DNA of 11,676 nucleotides from Octopus sinensis (taxonomy: Eukaryota), in contig NW_021826934.1 in the NCBI RefSeq assembly GCF_006345805.1, positions 1 to 11,676 on the forward strand, given 5' to 3'. The position numbers were made by a program, and so were the translations under genes. Shown piece by piece: positions 1-7,583 of the stretch; within the stretch, counting starts at the first letter, position 1, and each line of letters starts with the position of its first letter. The notes under the pieces were generated by a model that ran no database searches, was not told the DNA's origin, and worked only from the letters and a program-made list of their open reading frames with translations.

Positions 1-78
1 ATGAAAAATGAATGGAAGTTTGTGGCAAAATCTTCTTCAAACGAAGAAGGGAAATCTCTTAATTAGATAATTTAGTTT
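1..78 (-). CDS. Possible continuation (next exon) of the IFT74-like gene, running off the left edge of the window
   Basis: Follows an AG at 79-80. Reads KLNYLIK-EISLLR-EEDFATNFHSFF only if two single-base deficits are assumed. This loosely parallels recalled IFT74 KISELTTEVNKLQKGIE. Weak similarity. Confidence 0.3.
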
Positions 79-82
79 CTTA

Positions 83-305
83 ACAGCGGTTTGCGTGGGC
101 GTCTGCAAGGCCTTTGACAGTGGCTGGTATTTTTGATTGTTAGAGAAAGTGGCGGAATATTTAAAACAGCTGGGTGTAGATAAGTCTCGAAAGACCTATA
201 TACAGTCAATTGTTCTTAAAAGGACTCTGGAGAGTGTCTCGTTTGATGCTCGCCGATCCAGCCCTTTCCTGACGTTTACTCAGCGAGAGACGCTGGCCTG
301 CACCT
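83..305 (+). mobile_element. 3'-terminal remnant of an R4-like REL non-LTR retrotransposon (copy 1), antisense to and interrupting the IFT74-like gene
   Basis: The frame from 83 gives ...EYLKQLGVDKSRKTYIQSIVLKRTLESVSFDARR. This matches the C-terminal YIQSIVLKKTLESI-type motif also seen in copy 2 (YIKSLVLEKTIESI) and copy 3 (YIRSIMIRKTLKNM). In-frame TGA at 134-136. GC-richer than the flanks. Confidence 0.65.
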
Positions 306-349
306 GATAAATACAAATTGCAACCAAAATGATAAATACAATTGCAACC
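305..349. repeat. Short imperfect tandem duplication, ~20 bp x2
   Basis: tgataaatacaaattgcaacc (305-325) and tgataaatacaattgcaacc (330-349) differ by one base. It duplicates the 5' end of IFT74 intron 5. Confidence 0.9.
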
Positions 350-698
350 TCAAAAGTCCATGAATAAGTTTTATCTTGAACAGTTCTTCGCGTGGAAGCT
401 ATAAATTCATGATTTCCTAAGTAAACCAGTATCCATCCGAAGTCCTCCTAGACCATGTTGAGTTGTGGGACGGTCTTGAATTTTGATTGGCGGGTTAATG
501 ACTATAATGCAAAAATTGAGATTCAAATAATCAATAAATACCTACTCCAGAAGGCTTTGAAGACTGTTGATTTCTCTATAATATTAAATAAGCTTCATTA
601 AATACAGCTGCAGTAGATAAGCGAGTTGCAGTTCCCGTCATTTGTCGATTTGTTGATACTGAAAATTAATATTGTTGTAAACCATTTTCCTTTTTCAT
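349..698 (-). CDS. IFT74: Intraflagellar transport protein 74-like, N-terminal exons 1-5 (spliced)
   Basis: Exons 698-683, 658-606, 575-542, 501-427, 398-349; GT-AG introns of 24, 30, 40 and 28 nt. The spliced frame is open: MKKENVSTNRQMTGTATRLSTAARNQQSSKPSGVVINPPIKIQDRPTTQHGLGGLRMDTASTRRTVQDKTY. This matches recalled IFT74 [38 protein letters not shown]. After DKTY, two single-base deficits would restore YFMGLLR (cf. YYLGLLR). Confidence 0.8.
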
Positions 699-1258
699 CA
701 CAAAAAAATTTTATATGGTTTCTATAGCAAAATTATATTTATACAAATAACAAAAAATAAAATGCCAAAATAAAAGACTTACGGAATTGTGAAATTTCTC
801 AAACGACATTTTTAAATTAAAAAATATAGATGTGTATAATTTTTCACTGAAAAATCAATTTTCCTCTAAAAACATCTTTTCTGAGTTTTTTCAAAAAGAA
901 TGTTGATTATTCTTATCTGAGTATTTTCAATTTCTACAAAAGTCTTGTGGGTGGGACGGTGTCTATCGTTTTTGTCAAGAAATTTGAGTCTCTTCACGGC
1001 GTATCATGCCATAAATTATTGAAATTGTCAGTGAAATATATTCACAAGAGTTTTGGTTTTATTTAATTCTTGAAAAAAAATTCGTGGATCACCAGATGGT
1101 TTATGTCCAATCACATGTATGTCAATATTATATAATTTACTTACAAGTTTAATTATTATTTGGGATAATTTGATCTTGTGTCTGATGGGAGCAAAAAGAA
1201 AGTGTCAGGATGCAAAAAGCAAATTTTCATCCATTCATAATGTAAAGCAAAAAATTAT

Positions 1259-1975
1259 TTATAACAAAAACTCAGGAACTTTTGATTTTTTAGAGTTCTG
1301 TTCATCGAAAATCTAAGCTTTCAATGGATTCAAGATTTTCAACATCTAAGAATTCTTCTTGATTGTGGAATTTATTTAAAACTTAAAAACTTCGTTAAAG
1401 TTACAGCTTTCTGACTTTCCTCTAGGGGTTCTTCACTATCAATTTCTTGTTCTAATGTTCCGAATCATTAAAGTCAAATTCTTCATTTTTACTGTAGTCA
1501 ATTTCGATATAAATTCTCTCTTCTAAAGGATCACTTATGTTCATTTTTTATAAAATATATTCGTAATTTTCAATGACAGGGTTTTCATAATTTATAAATT
1601 TTTTCTATTATGTTTCCCCAATTTCCCATTTCAAAAGGAATTGATTAAAAATTCGGCTAATTTGATATCACATTAAGGTCAAAATTTAAAGTTGCAAATT
1701 CTCCATGCATATTTCGTAACTTCAAATTATTCCTTTTTTTAAATTTAACAAGCCATCCTTGCATTCTTTAAAATCATTGAATCCTCATTCCGAAGCAAAT
1801 ATTTTGCCTTTCTGAGTAATAATTTCATCGTTCAAAATGGCTTCTTTAGCATCCATTGAATTAATCTAAGAAATCGTATCATTATCGATTTCACAAAACT
1901 TTAAATATTCTTTAAGAAAAATGTCAGATCTTAAGTTATTCAAAATATTTCCTCTTTTATTTTCAGATTATAATA
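1259..1975 (-). mobile_element. Decayed pogo/Tigger (CENP-B/Tc5-type) DNA transposase remnant with the DDE domain deleted
   Basis: The minus strand at ~1850-1690 reads LNDEIITQKGKIFASE*GFNDFKECKDGLLNLKK/NNLKLRNMHGE, like the HTH_Tnp_Tc5 consensus (KAKEFAKELG..DFKASNGWL..FKKR.NI....I.GE). ~1548-1259 is an acidic tail ending SKKSKVPEFLL*, like the typical K-QxKITDFF end. Stops and frameshifts are present. No TIRs found. Confidence 0.72.
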
Positions 1976-2105
1976 GATCTACAAGAAATAGGTACATTAT
2001 ATTTTTCAGAAAAAAATTCTGAAATTTTTATGGAAGGTACAGTGGGTCAAATTGATCTTTGGAGAATTTTTTATTTTTAATATAATTTTATTTTCTATTA
2101 CATAA

Positions 2106-2652
2106 CTGTTTTATTTAAGTTTTTCCAAAAGTATAAAGTTCACCTAATTTTTTTACAAAACAAAGAGATAGAAGAAAAGCGTTAAGTCCCAGCGGCAAGG
2201 ACGCAGTATGCGTTGTCGCGAACAATGGCCAGACCGATGCGCTGGCAGAACCAGAGGCCCTCTCTCGGGTCCTTGTACCTCCTCCCAATGGACTGCCCGA
2301 CCTCGTTGAGGAACGAGTCAGTCTTTTTCCCGCGGCTCCAGCGGTCTCCAGGGCGATTGGCATAACGCGGTAGGGGTCCGCGAACAAAGAATATTTTTGT
2401 ATTTTTATCTTTTCGGCGTGGTTTGCAGCCGAACAAGGGTTCGCGGCGGAAGAATAGATCCTCGACTTTGAAAAGGTATCCACAACGATAACATCCCATA
2501 CGAGGGCCTTCCCCGACGAGTACGGGAATATTGTCATCCCGTCAGGCCTTTTGCCGTCTCCCCGATCGAGTCCGACTGGTTTGAGGAGGCACGAATGGCC
2601 CGCCGATTCGAGACCGGCCTTCACGATTCTATTGAGGGCCTTGTGTCTGTGT
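2106..2652 (-). mobile_element. 5'-truncated CRE-like non-LTR retrotransposon fragment (restriction-like endonuclease domain plus short 3' UTR)
   Basis: Two overlapping ORFs join at a single-base shift in the T5 run at 2324-2328. The joined product is RHKALNRIVKAGLESAG...GLDRGDGKRPDGMTIFPYSSGKALVWDV..VDTF...AEKIKIQKY...PIALETAGAAG/KKTDSFLNEVG...DPRE..WFCQRIGLAIVRDNA, stop at 2182-2184. Sharply GC-richer than the flanks. Candidate 8-bp TSD ttacataa at 2098-2105 and 2653-2660. Confidence 0.85.
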
Positions 2653-3569
2653 TTACATAATAAAACATATAAAAATAATCCAAAATCAATTTATTTTAAG
2701 ATTCAGAAAACTTTTTAATTGCAAATGATGTTAATTAACTCTTGGTCTGAATTTCAGTGGTTATCTATTAATTTTAGTGAAAATGAAAATAATGTTGGAA
2801 AAGTTTCTAAATTTATAACCAGCTAAATAAAATAACTTGATTTTACTGATTTAGTCTTTAAAAAATGTATTTGAAAATTCGTTTAAAATGTGGCCATGTA
2901 GATAAATTTCTTTTTTAGTTCACCATGAGGAAACATTAAGATAGATTACATAAAACCAAAATTCTAATTGAAACTAAGAAAATTTTATTTTCCCCGTTAC
3001 ACAAAAGCGGAAAAAAGATCATAGTAAAAGATTGTTGATATTAAGCTAAGAATTTTTTTATAAATGTTGTTGATTATTTGTATCCAGAAAAAAAATAATT
3101 GATAAAAAATTTGCTGGTTAATAAGGCGTGGACCATAATTAATGCAGTTTTTCATTTCAGTCTAAACTAATTAAAATTTAATTAAACTACAGTTTATTTG
3201 TTATTTTATAGATTGAATATAAATAGGAAGGAAGTAATAAGAATAATTTAATCTAGACAAAACAGCGATCATCAATTTTTAGTTTAGATGATATATAAAC
3301 GGATTTGAGAAACGTGTTGACTAATAATTCTATTTCCAGAAAATAAAAATATTAAATATTGAAACATTTCAAAATAGAAGAGTTCTAACAAAACAATTTT
3401 CATTTTTCAATACATAATTTTATCCAAAAACAGACAAACATGAAATATCAAAATAACTTTAAACATAAATTCTTACATTTACATCAGCTATACATTACCC
3501 CCTTCCTCAAGATCTTACAATTAATTCAAAGATCAAAATTATGGAAAAATCTATATCTTTTATTGTTAG

Positions 3570-3799
3570 AAATCCGATAAAAACGTTTCTTGGTTTGAGA
3601 ACAAGCCCAGAACTTATGAGGGCCGTTCCAAATTTCGTTGCATCTATTCCGTGTTTTTAGTGCATAAAAATGTCGAGTCTTTGGTTTTGGAGAAAGTTGA
3701 TGGAGTTAACGTTTTGGGTTTCCGTCCTGAAAATATGAAAGAGTAGTACTTGTAATCCCAAAGCATGTTAAATTGCCACGTGTGGGTGCCGACAGGGCT
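3570..3799 (-). pseudogene. CAF1/POP2/CNOT7-like deadenylase gene fragment, copy A (one 23-nt intron, one in-frame stop)
   Basis: Removing intron 3749-3727 (gtactac...tttcag) gives SPVGTHTWQFNMLWDYKTETQNVNSINFLQNQRLDIFMH*KHGIDATKFGTALISSGLVLKPRNVFIGF. This aligns gap-free with recalled CNOT7 YPPGTSTWQFNFKFNLTEDMYAQDSIELLTTSGIQFKKHEEEGIETQYFAELLMTSGVVLCEGVKWLSF. TAA at 3657-3659. Confidence 0.78.
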
Positions 3800-4072
3800 G
3801 CGTCTATACCTAATCATCTTACAATTAATTCAGGGATCAAAATTATGAAAATATTAAATATTGAAACATTTCCAAAATACAAGACTAGTTCTAAGAAAAC
3901 AATTTTCATTTTTCAATACATAATTTTATCCAAAAACAGACAAACATGAAATTTTAAAATTACTTTAAACATAAATTCTTACAATTACATCAGCTATACA
4001 TTACCCCCTTCAAGATCTTACAATTAATTCAAGGATCAAAATTATAGAAAACTCTATATCTTTTATCGTTAG

Positions 4073-4302
4073 AAATCCGATTAAAACGTTTCTTGGGTTG
4101 AGAACAAAACCAGAACTGATGTGCAGCGTTCCAAATTTCGTTGGATCTATTCCGTGTTTTTAGTGCATAAAAATGTCGAGTCTTTGGTTTTGGAGAAAGT
4201 TGATGGAGTTAACGTTTTGGGTTTGCGTCCTGAAAATGTGAAAGAGTAGTACTTGTAATCCCAAAGCATGTTAAATTGCCACGTGTGGGTGCCGACAGGG
4301 CT
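4073..4302 (-). pseudogene. CAF1/POP2/CNOT7-like deadenylase gene fragment, copy B
   Basis: Same structure as copy A: 23-nt intron 4252-4230 and TAA at 4160-4162. Reads ...HTWQFN...H*KHGIDPTKFGTLHISSGFVLNPRNVLIGF. Confidence 0.78.
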
Positions 4303-4402
4303 GCGTCCATACCTAATCATCTTACAATTAATTCAGGGATCAAAATTATGAAAATATTAAATATTGAAACATTTCCAAAATAAAATTTTAAACAAAGAAT
4401 TT

Positions 4403-4591
4403 TTTGGTGTTAATCCCATTTAGTTTGCTATTAATCCCATAGTGTTTGGTATTAATTCCACTTAGTTTGATGTTAATCCCATTTAGTTTTCTGCTAATCC
4501 CACTTAGTTTGATGTCAATCCCATTTAGTTTGATGTTAATCCCATTTAGTTCTCTGCTAATCCCACTTAGTTTGGTGTTAATCCCATTTAG
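4403..4591. repeat. 21-bp minisatellite, 9 copies, consensus tttgRtgttaatcccaYttag
   Basis: Nine contiguous 21-nt units with no indels, starting at 4403, 4424, 4445, 4466, 4487, 4508, 4529, 4550 and 4571. It explains ORFs 4388-4615(-) and 4446-4634(+). Confidence 0.97.
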
Positions 4592-4592
4592 T

Positions 4593-5987
4593 ATGGGAAA
4601 TGGTATAGAATCCATAAACGACGTGAAATGTTAGGATGGATAATTTTTACGGGTTATAGAAGACAAAGGGAGTAATGTAATGAAAAGTGAAGTTTTGAAG
4701 ACTATTGCGGAAAATGTGAATAAGAGAATTGTAAGCTTGGTGCATATAAAACACAATTTGTTAATATCTTCGAATAAAGAAACGAATATGCGTAATCGTT
4801 TTACAATCTTGAACCTAAGTATTTTGAAAATATTGATTTGGAAATCCGACATGTAATATCAGAGCATAAAATTTACCTACAACCGGCTAACATCGAAAAA
4901 CCAAGTCTGAAAGGGCTTTATCTCAATTACTATAAAAAGCGAGAATATGCTGTTTTAATTTATTAATGATTTGGAAAGAGAATCGGATATTTTTGAGAAA
5001 GAATGGAATCTTCTCAGTCTTGAAAGCTAAAAGAACACATGTGACTACGATCGTCAGATTTCCTATTTTTAAACATAAATTGAATCCAACTTATGTTAAT
5101 ATCAAAGCTATTAGAGACTCCCAGAAGTTTCTTCTTGAATCAATTGCAAAACCGCACAATTCTATTTTTTTAACATTTGTGAGAATGAGGAAGTTGATAT
5201 TGGTGACTCTTCTTAATGGCTTGCAAAAGGGAATAACAGCCCAAGATCTGAAGCCATTTATTGTTTGTTTTAGAATAGAAATATATTTTATAATAAAAAA
5301 GAATCAACATTAATCACTGTAACCAGAAAATAGGCGAATCATTTGGTTTATGATGTAATAGAATGTTCAACGGTTAGGGTTAGGGTGATTATTGTAGACA
5401 TAATGAGGTTGTTAGATGCGCAAATCTTTATTTATGCAAAAATTATAACAATAAAATCTCCATAAGTTTCAAGACACACTCAATTCTGTCAATTGTTGCG
5501 ACAAAGAGTGTAAAAATCAGAGTGGGCACTTTAATTATGGCTGAAAATGAAATGCAAACAACAAACCAGATATTTTTATATTTAACAAAATGAAGATTGA
5601 GATAGGTGATTATAGAAGTTAGAATCACGTACTTAAACAGACTGAGGTGGAAAAACTACACAAGTAAGACTTGTTAGCCAGTGAATTGAAAATTTTACAC
5701 AATGCTCCTGTAAAAATAGAATGCTCCTAACATAGGATAAATTGTGCAAAATCCTGAACCATGTGATTGATGTCTCAATTAGAACATATATTAAATCGCT
5801 AGTACTCGAGAAAACTATTGAAAGTATTATCGTGGAGCATAAACATGAAATCATAGCTTCAAATGAGGATATTTTATGTACCATGGATCGATTGGAAGAA
5901 CGTTCAATTAATTATGTTCACGAGATGGCACGTCCGGCTGTCAAGAAAAAAGTAGAAATCGTGTGGATGCTCGGTCTGTTAAATTAA
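4593..5987 (+). mobile_element. Decayed 5'-truncated R4-like REL non-LTR retrotransposon (copy 2): end of RT/thumb, zinc-knuckle region, REL endonuclease, C-terminus
   Basis: Motifs appear in the expected order across shifting frames: RVIEDKGS (~4650), FYNLEPKYFENIDLEIRHVISEHKIYLQPA..LYL (~4800-4930), ENEEVDIGDSS*WLAKGNNSPRSEAIYCLF*NRNIF (5181-5290), DYCRHNEVVRCANLYLCKNY (5387-), NKPDIFIF (5560-), VIIEVRIT (5606-), EKLHK*DLLASEL (5650-), TYIKSLVLEKTIESI (~5785-5830). Many stops and frameshifts. Confidence 0.85.
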
Positions 5988-6698
5988 AAAAGAAAAGTCT
6001 GTTAATTAAGTTATATTAGTTAGTGGAATTTTTCTGTTTGAATTTTCTTTTTATTTAATGCTGCTTAAAATTTTTCAATGGGTTTAAAACTAAAATTCAA
6101 ATTAAATATTAAGTCTTGTTATTAAACTTCAATTATCGTTTAAATAATTTTTTTAGTCCTTTGGATGACGAATCCGTGTTTGTTTTTCTTATTTTATCTA
6201 ACGGAGTAGCCGTTTTATTTCAAAAAATGCTTTAAAATCATTCTGAAACAACAGAGCCTTATTTTTTCAAACATTCAAATGTGTAAATCAAAATACACGC
6301 GGACACAATGATCAAACTAAAAACAATAATATTTGTATCTTTAACAGAAGACAGGATATCCTTACGAGGCTAGTTCTAAGAGAATCTATGGAGTAAATAA
6401 AAAAATAAATTGGACATAAGTGGTAAGAAAGAATATAGTATATTTAGAATAAAATAATGTTTTTAACTAAGAAACATAAATTAACATTAATGAGGAAGAA
6501 GAAAAGGCATTTTAGGATAGTTATGGGATATTTATATGCAACAACATTGAAACTAAATCCTTAAAAATAATTCATACAATCAAAAAACGGTACTTTAGAA
6601 GTGTATATTTATTTCTCACACTTTTTACAGTTAGAGAAGACAAATTTAAAAGAAAAAACACAATATCTATATATAAATCAATAAATCGAATTAAAATT

Positions 6699-7583
6699 TT
6701 ATTTTATTCTACGTCTTCTTCCTCGACGAGGCTTTATTATTTCAATTTCTTCATATTTATCTCCCTATAATCGATATTTGATTTTAAACAAACATCGCTA
6801 TTATATATGGTATCTTTAGTAGACTGAATAGAATCGGTACCACTGATCACTTCCGAACTACTGGATTGTTCCCTATGTTCTTGGATGAGAGTATCGTTTA
6901 AAAGTGTTCTAAAAATAGCTCTCATATTTAACAAACATCGAAGGAGCAGAATCAACTCCAATATTTGAAAAATTGAACAATTTTTCATTCTCTAAAATAA
7001 TCAAGTAAATATATTCACCGGATATTAATCTGAAAAAATATCGTCTAAAATCATTCTAAGACAAAGAATAGAAAATGTTACGGCTGATGTTGTTGAAGAA
7101 AGATTAAAGAGAAAACTACGCATCATTTTCCAGAAATCTATGAAGAGTTGATACCCACGATTTTCCAATCGACCTAATGCATCATCAATAGCCTATGGAA
7201 ATCAAAATTGACAGATTTACAATTTCATGTTTTATAAGAAATTTGTTAAGAAGGACCTTGTATAGTAAGACAGAACCCTTGGTGATTGGAGATAGCATCC
7301 AAAAGATAATAAGAATTTTTAATTCATAATAAAAAGGTATCCAAATGAGAAAAATGTCTGAAAATATTTCAATAGCTAAGAATGCAGAAAATGTAATCCA
7401 AAACATAAGCAATTCGGGCTAAATAGAAATTAAATAAACAATTTTAATACATATTGTCTTGCATTTTTGGATCGAAGTGACTTAAATGAGTTGTATGCAG
7501 CATAATGGGACGACTCCATTTCTTAATAAATTTTAAAAGACCAAAAAATACATAGTCAATTTGCTTATCAAATGCGCGATCAT
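6699..7583 (-). CDS. REEP: Receptor expression-enhancing protein, REEP1-4 type (TB2/DP1/HVA22 family ER-shaping protein); 8 exons, ~228 aa, apparent 2-nt deficit in exon 2
   Basis: Exons 7583-7552, 7521-7451, 7418-7221, 7192-7082, 7055-7019, 6991-6937, 6908-6794, 6764-6699. GT-AG introns of 30, 32, 28, 26, 27, 28 and 29 nt. Product MIAHLISKLTI...YAAYNSFKSLRSKNARQY|PELLMFWITFSAFLAIEIFSDIFLIWIPFYYELKILIIFWMLSPITKGSVLLY...KHEI|AIDDALGRLENRGY...KPRRGRRRRIK*. Exons 2-8 splice in one open frame; exon 1 joins exon 2 out of frame by 2 nt. Confidence 0.9.

Larger units (their letters stand above)
3346..4382. repeat. Tandem duplication, ~503-bp unit, about 2.06 copies
   Basis: Units start at 3346, 3848 and 4351 (partial) with aaaatattaaatattgaaacattt. 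A 31-bp motif atcttacaattaattcaRRgatcaaaattat recurs at 3512, 3816, 4015 and 4319. Confidence 0.97.

Noticed and set aside
83-150. TAVCVGVCKAFDSGWYF*LLEK resembles RT motif A of Jockey/CR1/L2 elements
   Set aside because: Short and degenerate. The following sequence fits the R4-like C-terminus better. A chimeric remnant cannot be excluded but is not supportable by eye.
1119-1316. 65-aa plus-strand ORF
   Set aside because: No recognisable motif; partly antisense to the Tigger tail; consistent with a chance ORF in AT-rich DNA.
2940-3170. Faint retroelement-like words (RKFYFPR, WLIRRG)
   Set aside because: Too short and interrupted to distinguish from chance; possibly a much older copy.
3346-4591. 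CRISPR-like reading of the 31-bp and 21-bp repeats
   Set aside because: The intervening sequences are 170-270 bp and themselves duplicated, or absent. No unique spacers, no cas genes, and the context is eukaryotic.
5372-5386. ggttagggttagggt, two TTAGGG telomere-like units
   Set aside because: Only two copies, lying inside retrotransposon coding sequence where Leu-Gly codons (tta ggg) are expected just before DYxRHN. Not evidence for an interstitial telomere or chromosome healing.
4631-5884. ORFs 4631-4852(-), 4966-5313(+), 5443-5628(-), 5633-5884(-)
   Set aside because: Antisense or largely off-frame shadows of decayed retrotransposon copy 2, not independent genes.
6601-6630. Intron-like 30-mer on the plus strand (gtgtat...ttacag)
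   Set aside because: The flanking frames give no recognisable protein or start codon; such patterns are common in AT-rich DNA.
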